DNA of 63,837 nt, the filler included, from Octopus bimaculoides (Eukaryota): the NCBI RefSeq assembly GCF_001194135.2. It is 6 parts of 5 records of this genome, joined end to end, with 100 filler letters (N's around TTAATTAATTAA, not from the genome) between each part and the next. Parts side by side here need not be neighbours in the genome. Positions count along the whole stretch, not along the records: positions 1 to 6,083 come from NC_069008.1; positions 6,184 to 27,484 come from NC_068986.1; 4 more parts are not named here. The stretch is one strand, 5' to 3'. Shown here piece after piece: positions 1-14,503 of this stretch. The position numbers were made by a program, and so were the translations under genes. Each line of letters starts with the position of its first letter. The stretch's first letter is position 1. Under the pieces are notes generated by a model that saw only the letters and a list, made by a program, of their open reading frames with translations, was not told the DNA's origin and ran no database searches.

Positions 1-302
1 ATATGAGAACACGGATGTTACGTAAGTAAAATGTTAATGTTCGAAAGTGCAGCAGTGCATAGATAATTCTTTATTCTGTATATTTCTCATTTTGTCCTGT
101 TCTGACGTTTTGCGAAATTTTTCTGGAGAACATTATTTTTCTTTGTGGTTGGGTCGTTGATGACCTCTTTCTAGCATATTGGATGTCCACCTAGTGGTCA
201 TCCCTTATACACGTGTAATACAATTTTTTCTGAATTTTCAGATTTTTATATGCTAGGCTACTTGGTTTTAAATTTAATTAATACTCAATTTATCATCCTA
301 TC

Positions 303-340
<38 letters not shown>

Positions 341-630
341 TATATAAGCAACACACACATATGCACACAAATTGCATACATGTTTTGTACGCATACATGT
401 TCGTATGTGTATGTGTGTGTGTTGCCCGTATATCAACAAAATGCATACACACATCTTGTGTTACATATACATACGGATAAATGATTAAAAATAAATATAT
501 TTTGGAAATGGCGATTTACGGTACAATACCTAGAAACATGAAAATCAGACCACATGGGTTTGTTTACATCAATTCGGCAGTTTCCATAAAAAGTGTTTGG
601 AAAGAACGCGAAAGAGATTGAGAGAGCGCG

Positions 631-908
631 CTCTCCCTCCCTTACACACATGCCAGTTATCTCTCTTTCTTTCTTTCTCTCTCACACACAGCAACATTAC
701 ACACACACACACACATGCTGCTCTCTCACACTAACAAAAGAACTTCACATACACACCACACTTTCTGTCTGGCATACTCACTATAAAAAGAAAGCGTGTA
801 TTTCTTTTTGGCAACATGTGTTTTGAGTGTAATGTTGGTGTGTGTGTGTGTGTGAGAAAGAAAGAAAGAAAGAGAGATAACTGGCATGTGTGTGTAAGGG
901 AGGGAGAG
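631..908. repeat. Short foldback element (~75-bp arms)
   Basis: CTCTCCCTCCCTTACACACATGCCAGTTATCTCTCT...CAACATTACAC (631-704) is inverted at about 827-908. Confidence 0.65.
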
Positions 909-1363
909 AGAGATAGCAAGAGAAGGTATTTTTTCTTTTTGCTTGTTGTTTCCTGCGTTTTTTTCTTTTTGCTTGTTAGCTGCCTACCACACAGACGCTG
1001 GCAAACAAAATGTATCTCTCCTTCACCCTCCCTCTCACAAACAGACAATTTCTCTTTCTCTCTCTCTCGCCTTCATGCGTGTACGCACAGATTTGACTTC
1101 GCCATGTCAACAAACTTCAAAATTGGTAAAAATTTATCGATTTTTACAGCTGTACGCGGGTGCCTCTGATAGAAAAACTTCGCTAAAATGCACATAAGGT
1201 CATGACACATCTCCTAAAATTGGAGCAACATGCGTGCTAATTTGTGGACGTGCATAAACTACATTCACGTTCACACACACACACACATCCTCTCTTTATA
1301 TATATACAGATGATGGCTCCAGTCAGCCTTCTTTACTAGCGTGCTAATCCCGTCTCTGAAAAC

Positions 1364-1555
1364 CTATCTCAACGGGAAAGACGTATTTAGTTTCCAGTAA
1401 CCGGGACTCTGCCTATGTGTCTTATCTAAGACTAGCGTACACGTCACAAGTTTGTGATCCGTGTAGCTATGTGGAATTGTGGACACCCTATGCCATCTCT
1501 TATCTACTCTCCTACACAGTACTCTATCTAGATACAATCTATTCCCTTTCTTCAC
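1364..1555 (-). mobile_element. L1/Tx1-type ORF2 AP-endonuclease C-terminal fragment
   Basis: YLDRVLC...SYTDHKLVTCTL...SPGYWKLNTSF matches the RID...SDH...GYWKLN end of the L1/Tx1 endonuclease. Confidence 0.7.
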
Positions 1556-1983
1556 TCAATCTCTATCTCTAAATCTCTGCCTCCTCTAACTGTCCACCTG
1601 CGTTAAACACTACCATTTTCCCCACTCTCTCTCTCTCCCTCCCTCCTCTTTCCTGCTTTGCCTCTCACTTAAACTATACCTCACCTTTTATTTGACTTTT
1701 CTTTGTCCCTCTTCCGTCAAACTTTTTACCCCTTCCTTTGAAGTAAGCGTGATACACACAACACATACGTACGAAAACAAACAAAACTAAGCATATTAAT
1801 ATTATTGATAAGTCTGAATACATGCATGGGACATTAATTGAAATCCTTCGTGTGTCTATGACTAATACATGCTGCAAGGATATGCAGGGCTCCTGGTGTA
1901 TATATACACATATAAACAAGCACCAAGCAGTAGGAAGTCTTCTCAAGAGCCAAAGTAGACTTGCAAAATATAGTAATCATTTC

Positions 1984-2264
1984 TGCTTCAGAAATTTATC
2001 AGCCATTGTTATGATACTGGGAAAAAGGAAACAAGCATACAAAAAGAAAATTTATGCATAAGCTTGATTGGTTTGCGTTTTAGCCACTGCTGGGTAGTGT
2101 GTTTAATTTGTTCACTGAACACCACAGTGAATTTCCCATTGTTTTTCAAAAATCCCCTCTAAATCACAAAACGAAGGGGTGAGTGTACCCTATTTTTCGA
2201 ATCCTAGCAGCAACACTGAAGCTGGAAGCAGGATAATAATCGAATTCTACACTTATCCCATTCA
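1984..2264 (+). repeat. ~281-bp direct repeat, copy 1
   Basis: TGCTTCAGAAATT...TACACTTATCCCATTCA, roughly 90% identical by eye to 4327-4608. Confidence 0.85.
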
Positions 2265-2490
2265 AGTGCCCACTTCCATACAAGGATTTTTGTATTTTCT
2301 TCATAAACTATTTTCTACAACAACAACATTGAAAAATACCATAGCAATGAGAACACAGGTTCGAAAGTTCCTTAAAACACCTGATGAAGGTTGGAGGGTA
2401 TATCAGCCAAAACATTGTGTTAACAATAAACAAGATGACAAATATCTATCAAATGTAAATAATTTCTCATCTCTTAAATATAGAACTGTA
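2265..2490 (+). mobile_element. Penelope-like element terminal (pLTR) fragment with a decayed hammerhead
   Basis: AACAC-CTGATGA-AGGTTG..CAGCC-AAAA-CATT-GTGTT at 2376-2421, the CTGATGA..CCGAAAC-type motif of PLE ends. Confidence 0.55.
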
Positions 2491-2529
2491 TTAGAACTTT
2501 GCCGTACATGAACACCAACACTGCACATC

Positions 2530-3410
2530 CAGTGAAGCTTACCCACTTCGTGTCTCTCTAGTCTTTCCATTCAGAGCCCGTGTGACACTACCATGTAGCA
2601 TTGATGTTCATGCACAATCAACACAAAATCTACTTTTCACTCAGAAATAGAAACCTTTCATTCCAGCATATTTAATACCTCTCTGAACTTTCTCCATCCT
2701 GTTATTCTAGCAACTACATTTTCAGAACATCCTCCTCCACTGATAATTATGTTGACTAGTACGTTGTATGCAATTCCTCATGATTTCTATGCAAATCACT
2801 TCCCTTCCGCAATCTTCCTCACACAACACCAGATGATACACCAAAGGAATTTCTCAAGTGCTTCCTCCAGATCAACGAATGCCAAGTACAGTGGTTTACA
2901 CTTAATTAATTTTCTTGCAGTTGCTTGACTAAGGAGATACTAACAGGAAGACATTTTCTCAGAAAATCGGTGATTTCTAATTTAATCGGCTATAACTCCA
3001 TCCATAACTTTCCAAAACTTATCCAGCAACTTATAACTCCATAAGTATGTCTAAGGCATCTCCTCTAACCTTCTAACAGATAACTATAATGCTACTGTAC
3101 AAGTCATTGTGGATGATATCTTCATCTATAACCTGATTTATTATTAACGTGACCGTATCCTATTCCACCACATTTCTAAAGCATCCCAGCAGTAATTCCT
3201 GATGTACAAGGGGCTATGCTTGTGTTTATATCTTTCACCCATCTATCATATATTACCGTCTACTAGGATAGCTGCTCCCTCTCTAAGGCTCATATTGGAA
3301 ACAAACCCTTCCTACCATGCACATGCCGTTCTTCCTCATCTTCTAAGAACTGACAGGCCTCTTCCTTTCTCCTTCTACCCTTGGCAAATACACACGATTC
3401 CTAAATTCCC
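2530..3410 (-). mobile_element. Degenerate RTE-clade LINE reverse transcriptase fragments
   Basis: Minus frames give KPLYLAFVDLEEA (about 2850-2900) and SMLHGS (about 2590), with many stops and internal deletions. Confidence 0.65.
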
Positions 3411-3637
3411 CTTCTAGTTACCGAATACAGCTGTTTGTTCTTTCATTTTCCAAGTGTAATCTTGCTTTTACAGTCTTGTCTCAAAATTAAAATGAGATAA
3501 GAAAACTAAATGAGGGTGGGTAGTAATATGAATTTGACAATAAGGTATAATAAAGTTATATCAATTAAAATACAAGATAGATTCATCATATATTGAAATA
3601 ATTATTGATAACCTGAAATTTCACATTAATACAATTA

Positions 3638-3928
<291 letters not shown>

Positions 3929-4326
3929 NNNNNNNNNNNNNNNNNNNNNNNNNNNNNNNNNNNNNNNNNNNNNNNNNNNNNNNNNNNNNNNNNNNNNNNN
4001 NNNNNNNNNNNNNNNNNNNNNNNNNNNNCAATGCACCAAGGATTCTGTTTGTTTTCACTGTAATCTTTCCACATATGTACATATATGCATACACTTACAC
4101 ACATGCATACGTCTAAGATCTTCTCTAGCGATAGAATAGTCAATCGTTTATTTTTTCTTCACCTAGTTGCAGGAGCGGACTGGCAGTATTCAGGGCCCTC
4201 GGGCATCACTGTTTACGAGGACCCTTTGAATGTGTATTTTAGTAGAGTTAACATGTAGAGTGCGGACCCCTCAGACAGTGCCCAATTGACCAGTAGTGGC
4301 TCATAATGAAAGTTAGTGTAAGGTGC

Positions 4327-4608
4327 TGCTTCAGAAATTTTTTAGCCATTGTTTTGATTCTGGGTAAAAGGAAACAAACATATAAAAGGAAAATTTATGC
4401 ATAAGCTTAATTGGTTTGCGTTTTAGCCACTGCTGGGTAATGTGTTTAATTTCTTCATTGAACACCGCAGCGAATTTCTCATTGTTTTTCAAAAATCCCC
4501 TCTAAATCACAAAATAAAGGGGTGGGTGTACCCTATTTTTCAAATCCTAGCAGCAACACTGAAGCTGGAAGCAGGATAATAATCGAATTCTACACTTTAT
4601 CACATTCA
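4327..4608 (+). repeat. ~281-bp direct repeat, copy 2
   Basis: Aligns end to end with 1984-2264. Confidence 0.85.
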
Positions 4609-4619
4609 TGAACATAAAA

Positions 4620-5541
4620 TGGTGGTAACTCTTTAAATTCCACCTCTACTCTTGGCGGGTCAACGTTATCTCCACACATCTCTTTCAATTTTCTATACTT
4701 TTCCTCTTCGATTACTATTGCCTTCGCACCTTTACTCTTACTATTGAATGTAACTTGATAATATTTTTCTCCGTTTCAACATTTTTTTGGGTACGTTACA
4801 TAATACCATACTCCTTTTCCTCCTCGCATCTTCTTTCCTTTCTCTTGGACCTTTGGTTCTCTCTTTTCTTCCTCCATAAGTAGTCTCTCCATCTCACCTT
4901 CATACAGTTGGGTTTCCGACTCTTTCTCCACTGGTAACTCCACTTTCTATTTACTTCTTCCTGCCCTCCTTCACAGCTTCCTTTCTCACCTCGTCTCTCT
5001 TCCTTTTCTGCTTCTCTGGCAGCGAACTCATTCCTCCGCTCCTCCCTCCTTTCCTTTTAACCATGGTGATTCCCTTCTCCGCTTCTTTTCCTGTTGCCTT
5101 GCCCTGCACCACCTGGTCCACCCTCTCCTGTCTCTCCTCCTGTTCTGTTTGTGGCTTTCTTTGGGTGCACCATGCCTTCCTGTGGCCCCTTTCTCCACAC
5201 GTGAAACACACTGGTGGCCTACCCTCCACAGTAACTCTCAGTCTCACATCTTCTGGCAGCACAATCTCCTCCACTACACTGTTCAAGTCCTCTGTTGTTG
5301 CCTGAATCGTTAATTCGATCCCATATCCCCAGTAATCTACCTTCTGGGTCCTTGTAGCCCTCAGTATCTTCCCGTCTTTCATGTTGTACGTTATGGTTGT
5401 CATCAGCCATTCTTCTTTCAGTTCGGGTGGGACCTTTCTCACTCGCACCTTGGCAACACGTTTGCCGCAGTACAAAGGCAAGAGCACCCATTCGTCTGTC
5501 CATATTGCCTCAGTGGAGTGCTTTATTGCTTCCTCCTCCAC
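4620..5541 (-). mobile_element. L1/Tx1-type ORF1 (gag-like, CCHC zinc knuckle)
   Basis: The 196-aa ORF 4951-5541 contains RVTVEGRPPVCFTCGERGHRKAWC (CX2CX4HX4C), followed by a K/E/R-rich tail. Confidence 0.75.
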
Positions 5542-5612
5542 AGTGGCTTAGTTTCTGTTACTGGTTTTGCTCTGTTCATCTTTCTCGACCACCACACGTT
5601 ATTCACGTGTGT

Positions 5613-5980
5613 GTGGAGGCGCAATGGCCCTGTGGTTAGGACAGCGGATTCGCGGTTTCGATTCCCAGACCCGGTGTTGTGTGTGTTTTTTTAGCGTAAA
5701 CACCTCAAGCTCCACGAGGCTCCGGCAGGGGATAGTGGCGAACCCTGCTGTACTCTTTCACCACAACTTTCTTCCTCTTTCTGTTGTGCCTGTAATTCAA
5801 AGGGTTAGCCTTGTCACACTGTGTCACGCTGAATATCCCCGAGAACTACGTTAAGGGTACACGTGTCTGTGGAGTGCTCAGCCACTTGCACGTTAATTTC
5901 ACGAGCAGGCTGTTCCATTGATCGGATCAACTGGAACCCTCGACGTCGTAAGCGACGGAGTGCCAACATCAACAACAACA
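5613..5980 (+). mobile_element. tRNA-derived SINE, family A (full length)
   Basis: tRNA-like head with A/B boxes (TGGCCCTGTGG; GGTTTCGATTCCC) and an (AAC)n tail. 12-bp TSD ATTCACGTGTGT at 5601-5612 and 5981-5992. Confidence 0.9.
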
Positions 5981-6183
5981 ATTCACGTGTGTAGCACACA
6001 AATTCGCAAATATTTTCTGAAAATTCCAAAAAGTATAAAAGTTCCTCATAACTTTTTTTATTTTATTATTTGGGATCTTTTTTNNNNNNNNNNNNNNNNN
6101 NNNNNNNNNNNNNNNNNNNNNNNNNNNTTAATTAATTAANNNNNNNNNNNNNNNNNNNNNNNNNNNNNNNNNNNNNNNNNNNN

Positions 6184-6231
<48 letters not shown>

Positions 6232-6659
6232 CGCCTTTGTTTTCCCTACTTCTTTACGACCGGTGTTGGCTTGTTTACATCACTGTAACTTACCCTTATT
6301 AATTCGGCAAAAGACCAAAATTAGAAAGTAAAAAGAAACAAAAAAATAACTCAGTGTGTTGAAAAAATTCCTTCAAGAAGTTGCCCCAAATATGGACGCA
6401 GTCTAATAACCGAAACTATTTACAGAAATAAAAGAATTTATTCTATATTTCCATCATCAGCTGTCAATCGAAAAGCACATAGGTTTTGACATCTTCTGAT
6501 AGTAGAACACCTTTCAGTGGTGCCAAGCAGCATTGATGTTACAAGGGAACAGTCAGAGCTTTTGGCTCATATTGTAGCATGGGTTTTGCTTGTTTGACAC
6601 AACAAACTAGAATAACTTTGGGAAATTCCTTTAGTGACAAAATGTATGTGTAATATGAC

Positions 6660-6940
6660 GTGGTATGTGTGTGTGTGTGTATGTGTGCGTGCGTGTGTGT
6701 GTGTGTGCGTGTGTGTGCGTGTGTGTGTGTGTACAGAGTGTGTGTGTGCGTAAATGCTTCCACAGATACATATAAATACATAACAGAAAAGAACAGCTAC
6801 AGACATGCGTGTAGTATATATCAATACTACACTGTATATACACATCCATCCATCTATACATACATACATACATACTTACACACATACACACATGGATGCA
6901 TACATACATACATACATACATACATACATACATACATACA

Positions 6941-7000
<60 letters not shown>

Positions 7001-7050
7001 CACGCACACAAACACACACGCACACAAACACACACACGAACACACATATA
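6660..7050. repeat. Compound (TG)/(TACA)/(TA) microsatellites, representative of dozens in the window
   Basis: Directly visible. Other large tracts: (TTA) 11973-12095, (CTA) 15211-15266, (TAA) 35068-35830, (GA/GACA/GATA) 43320-44020, (TCA) 44480-44830, (ACC) 54140-54760, (TA) 55990-56430. Confidence 0.95.
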
Positions 7051-7132
7051 TGCATATATCTTAAAATCACTCAGAAATATGTATTTATATTGACACATAC
7101 ATATGTATGTATATATACAATTTTTGCTGTAT

Positions 7133-7168
<36 letters not shown>

Positions 7169-7521
7169 ATGCAAGTTCACACGAAGCATAATCTATTCAC
7201 ACAAATATATATAAACATTAAAAATAAAATGAAACACACGTTCAGACACATACTCAAACACAAATTACACGTATACACTCGTATACAAATGAAAACAACA
7301 CGTTTATTGATGAATATCATACATTAGTTGGCATAGTCACAGATACACACAAACGCACACGTAAACAGAAGCCCATCCACACGCTCAAATACACATACTA
7401 TAAAATTTCATAAATGGACAAATATATCCGTCTGCTGAAATACAAATACATCATTTACTTTTAGGAGAGGAAAACACGGAAGCTGAATATAACATTGTTT
7501 CTCTTTCTCTCTCTCTATATA

Positions 7522-7527
7522 TATAAA
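7522..7527 (+). promoter_or_regulatory. Candidate TATA box of the chitin-binding protein gene
   Basis: TATAAA about 60 nt upstream of the ATG, but it is part of a (TA)n run. Confidence 0.35.
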
Positions 7528-7586
7528 GAAAGAGGAAACATGCTAAGAAGCCGGCTTTACTGTTGAAACGACAAGAGAATTAGATC

Positions 7587-7878
7587 ATGTGGTCCTCTAA
7601 AACTATACTCTTCATATTTCTTGTGCCGTTGCTCGCACGATATGCCAAGAGCCAAGACGATAATTTCGGAGCTGACCCTGGTTGTAGAGATCCTTGGACA
7701 TCTGAATGGACACGTGACCCAAATGACTGCACTAGAGTGCACTACTGTGTACAAGGAAAACAGATCTGGTCGATAAAGTGTAATAACAGTCGAATTTGGT
7801 CGAACGTGGGTCACGCTTGTGTGGAACCAATGTCACAATGGGATGACTGTAACCAAACTCCCACAACACCGTCTATAA
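7587..7878 (+). CDS. Exon 1 of a secreted triple chitin-binding (ChtBD2/CBM14, peritrophin-A type) protein: signal peptide plus domain 1
   Basis: ATG at 7587. Hydrophobic leader MWSSKTILFIFLVPLLARYAKS. Six Cys spaced C-x14-C-x5-C-x10-C-x12-C-x9-C. Donor A|GTGAGT at 7879 (phase 1). Confidence 0.9.
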
Positions 7879-8221
7879 GTGAGTGGAATTTTATTGTTGT
7901 TGTTGTTGGTGTTATTATTATTATTATTATTATTCAGTTGTTTTATTTTTATAACGTGCTTTCACTTCACTACCGAGCGCAGTTCTGTGTGCCTTGGGTA
8001 TGTGCTGTGGTTTGCTGTGATGCTCTTATGCTTACTGTATTGAAAGTGTTTTGCGTAGGATGTGTGCAGTGCCCGGTAGTGCAATTTTCTGTATGTTATA
8101 TATATTTGTAAGTCCTGGTGTTTTTGTTATGTATTTGTTTGAATATTTCTTTTATTATACCTAATGTTATGTATTTGTCTGAATATTTTTTATCATACCT
8201 TATTATTATTATCATTATTAT

Positions 8222-8780
8222 TGAGTGAGAGAGCAGTGCATGTCATCAAAGTGACACTGGGGTAAAATATACGAAACCCAGTATACCCATCATGATCACC
8301 CGTCTGATAAGGGTACACCAGGCAAATACATCACAACAATATATGTGCGCGACATGGTGATCTCATATCACGATATACAGTGCATGACCTTGCAGGCGGA
8401 GTCTATTTAGAATTTTCTTCAGGTCGAGTAGCCCATGCCGCTCAAAAGGTCGATGAAAAAGGGTTGTTTAAGAGTGTTGAACGAAAACCCATGTTTCCAG
8501 AGTTTAATTCCTCAAACTTCAAAGAATTCCTCTCAACACATGACTATGATACTCCCCAACTACTTCTGCTCATGATCAGAGACGCACACATTGTCAGCCA
8601 CTTAGAAAAATGCTCAACTGGTTAAGGTCAAACAACTGACAAGCAAATCTGTATTACTGAGCAGAATATTTGTTGTAGCCCATCTTTTATACAAAGACAA
8701 AACAATGTACATGATAACGCTTCCAATCAGTTAAGCTCAGAAGCCATGAGAGCCACTACCTGGTACTGCATGAAGGGATT
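8222..8780. repeat. Dispersed repeat of unassigned class
   Basis: About 8530-8770 aligns with 42770-43025 (e.g. CAGAATATTTG..CTTCCAATCAGTTAAG.TCAGAAGC.ATGAG). Confidence 0.65.
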
Positions 8781-8829
8781 TTATTGTTGTTGTTGTTGTT
8801 GTTGTTGGTGATGTTGTTGTTGTTGTTGC

Positions 8830-8889
<60 letters not shown>

Positions 8890-9630
8890 GTTTGACTTTT
8901 GCTTTGTATTTGTACAAGTTGACTCCATGTCTCACCCAGAGACCTCAAAAGACAAGTTAGAAGTTCATGCTGGTGTTATGCTTAGGGTGCCATATATTTG
9001 GTTTTGTACATCGTGTTGTTCTAGAGAATGTTTAAGAAAACATAAGAAAATTATGAGATTGTTTTCAAATTGAGATTACATAGACAGTATTTTACATAGG
9101 ATATGGGCAGTTCCTATGAGTCTATCTTTTGAATTTCTGCTATTTTGGGATTTCCTGGTATCAGTAAGAATATCTAAGGCAGCAGCTTTAGCTCAGCTTT
9201 TTATCCGCTTCGCCTTTTCTGCACATATTTCTAGTATATCTAATTCCGGAATTTGTTGTATTTAGAATTCACTTAGATATTCCTTTGCCTGTTTTGTTAC
9301 TGAGTATGATGCTTTCTTGTTAACATTTTTTGAGAAAAGTTTTAACATCCAGTCCTCAGAGGTAGGTGTCTTGGCCAATTGTGCCAATCTTCATTGTTAA
9401 TGCCAGTTGCAAAAGTCTACGACCTCCCTCTTTTCTTGACAGAGAAAGTCGTTCTATATCTGCCTTAGGGTGGGGCATTCTATGCATTGTCAACAGTTTT
9501 CGTATTTTTCTGTCAAGATTATATATTTCAGTAATTGACTAGTTAATGATATTGAAACTGTAAGTCCCGACTGACATGGCTAAAGTATTGATCACTTCGA
9601 TCATTCCTTCGTAACACAGTGTAGGTAAAC
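8890..9630 (-). mobile_element. R4/Dong-like RLE LINE, internally deleted 3' remnant (subfamily 1)
   Basis: Minus strand gives INTLAMSVGTYSFNII..NLDRKIRKLLTMHRMPHPKADIERL and a C-terminus resembling IAEIQK..GTAHIL. The 3' UTR ends in (TAA)n. Confidence 0.7.
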
Positions 9631-12123
<2,493 letters not shown>

Positions 12124-12164
12124 CTGTTTTTGATGATGATGTTGTTGTTGTTCTTGTTCTTGTT

Positions 12165-12605
12165 AAGGCGGTGAGCTGGCAGAAACTTCAGCACGCCGGG
12201 CGAAATGCTTAGCGGTATTTCTTCTGCCGTTACGTTCTGAGTTCAAATTCCGCCGAGGTCGACTTTGCCTTTCATCCTTTCGGGGTCAATAAATTAAGTA
12301 CCAGTTACGCACTGGAGTCGATGTAATTGACTTAATCCCTTTGTCTTGTTTTTCCTTGTTTGTCCCCTCTTTGTTTAGCCCCTTGTGGGCAAAAAAGAAA
12401 TAAGAAACGTTGTTAGCACGCCGGGCGAATAGCTTAGCGGTATTTCGTCTGTCTTCGTGTTCTGAGTTCAAATTCCACCGAGGCCGACTTTGCCCTTCAT
12501 CTTTTCAGGGTCGATAAATTAAGTACCAGTTGAGCACTGCAGTTGATGTAATCGACTAGCCCCCTCCCCTCAAAAATGTCAGACCTTGAGCCAAAATTAG
12601 AAAGA
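12165..12605 (+). mobile_element. SINE family B head-to-tail dimer
   Basis: AAGGCGGTGAGCTGGCAGAA head and core GACTTTGCCTTTCATCCTTTCGGGGTC..AAATTAAGTACCAG. A second unit starts at about 12407. Confidence 0.85.
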
Positions 12606-12725
12606 ATTATTATTGTTGCTGTAATGTGGTCGTTAGTTTGATGGAAACGTCATATACATTTTCTGGTGGTATTTGTTAAACTTTTTAAAAATTCTGAGTT
12701 CAAATACCGAGGTGAACTTCGTCTT

Positions 12726-12772
<47 letters not shown>

Positions 12773-12794
12773 GATGGATAGATAGATAGATAGA

Positions 12795-13078
12795 TAGTCT
12801 CTTAAGTTACGGAGACGTAAACGCAACAACACCGGTTTCCAAGCGGTGGTGGGTGTAGACACAAACATAAAGACACACAAATACTCTCTCTCACATACGC
12901 GCACAAACATACTCTTTCTTTCTCACACACACATGCTCTCTCTCTCACACTCTCTCTCTCTCTCTCTCTCACACACACTCTCTCTCTCTCTCACAGACAC
13001 TGTCTCTCTCTCTCTCTCTCTCTCTCTCACAGACACTGTCTCTCTCTCACAGACACTGTCTCTCTCTCACAGACACTG

Positions 13079-13121
<43 letters not shown>

Positions 13122-13325
13122 GAGACACTGTCTCTCTCTCTCTCACACACAGACGGATACACGACGAGCTTCTTTTAGTTTCCGTTGACTACATCCATTT
13201 ACAAGGCTTTGCTCAGTCCAAGACTCTAGTAGGAGACACTTGCGCCGGATGTCACGAAGTGGGACTGAACCCAGGTCTATGTGATTGCGAAGCAATTTTC
13301 TTACCGCACAGCCAAGCTTGCGCCG
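12795..13325 (-). mobile_element. SINE family C with an expanded (CT)/(CA) compound repeat
   Basis: Head at 13170-13325 and 3' part at about 12795-12880, separated by about 260 bp of CT/CA repeats. Confidence 0.65.
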
Positions 13326-13392
13326 GTGTACCGAACCTAATGAATTAAATTCATGTGGATAATTCTTCTCGTCTTTAATTTTTTTTTTTTAG

Positions 13393-13599
13393 ATGATCCG
13401 CGTTGCATTAATCCAGATGGAATTAATCCAGATCCAGAAAATTGCGCTCAATTCTTAGCCTGTACCAACCGGTCCGTGGTGGCCACTATGCAGTGTCCAG
13501 AAAGTACTTTGTTTTCTACCAGAAACAATACTTGTGATTTGGGATTTTTAGTAGCGGAAGAATGTAAGAACCGAGTCATACCTAGCCATGTCGTTGTCT
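13393..13599 (+). CDS. Exon 2 of the chitin-binding protein (domain 2)
   Basis: Poly-T tract plus AG acceptor at 13391-13392. Reads DPRCINPDGINPDPENCAQFLAC...EECKNRVIPSHVVV with C-x12-C-x5-C-x10-C-x12-C-x9-C. Donor T|GTAAGT at 13600. Phase 1 at both ends, in frame with exon 1. Confidence 0.92.
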
Positions 13600-13831
13600 G
13601 TAAGTAAATGCCTTTGACATTTTTTTGTTCCTTATGTGTTTATTGGTTATTAGTCATTGTACTACGATCATGCTGGAGCAATGATCTTTATGGCTTTGGT
13701 GCCTATCGCCATTTATTTATGTCTAAAACTCGTCTTATCGATGTATATGTTAAAAGTTTTTCTTTACACAAGAGTTATCGTGTAAAAGGAATACACACCG
13801 ACACCCGCACGCTTGCCTGTGCGTGCATGAG

Positions 13832-13881
<50 letters not shown>

Positions 13882-14138
13882 CGCGTGCGTGTTTGTGTGT
13901 ATGCGTATGTGTGTCTCTATGTGAGTACACACATGTACACACACACATCCACAATATAAATTTAGATCTAAATTCTTTGGAAAGAGAAAATAAAAAGGAG
14001 AGATTGAGCGAGAGAGAGAGAGAGAGAAAGTGGAGAGAGAGACAGAGAGCGAGAGAAAGAAAGAGAGAGAAGGAGAGAGAGATTGATTGAATATGTAAAC
14101 CTTTTAAGATACTGTTGTTCCCTTTTTATTGATATGTA

Positions 14139-14454
14139 CGAGGTCAGATCATAACTTATCTGGATTGCTGCTATAAAAAGAAAATTGCAATACGTAAGAC
14201 CCCTGCATTTAATCTCCTTCGAAGTTGAAACCCGATCTGCTTTTTGAGGCGATCACACTTTACACGCTTTGCTTCCAAGCATAGGCGTAGGAGCGGCTGT
14301 GTGGTAAGTAGCTTGCTTACGAACCACAGGGTTCCAGGTTCAGTCCCACTGCGTGCCAACTTGGGCAAGTGTCTTCTACTATAGCCTCGGGTCGACTAAA
14401 GCCTTGAGAGTGTATCTGGTAAACGGAAACTGAAAGAAGCCCGTCGTATATATG

Positions 14455-14503
<49 letters not shown>

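Noticed and set aside
5613-5690. tRNA genes at SINE heads
   Set aside because: No complete cloverleaf, and each continues into a SINE body with TSDs.
6128-6139. TTAATTAATTAA islands between N runs (also about 27529, 36226, 41458, 58365)
   Set aside because: An identical 12-mer always embedded in gaps. This is a scaffolding or linker artefact, not biology.
7879-8111. Hydrophobic C-terminal extension of ORF 7587-8111
   Set aside because: Intron read-through past a consensus GTGAGT donor into (GTT)/(ATT) repeats.
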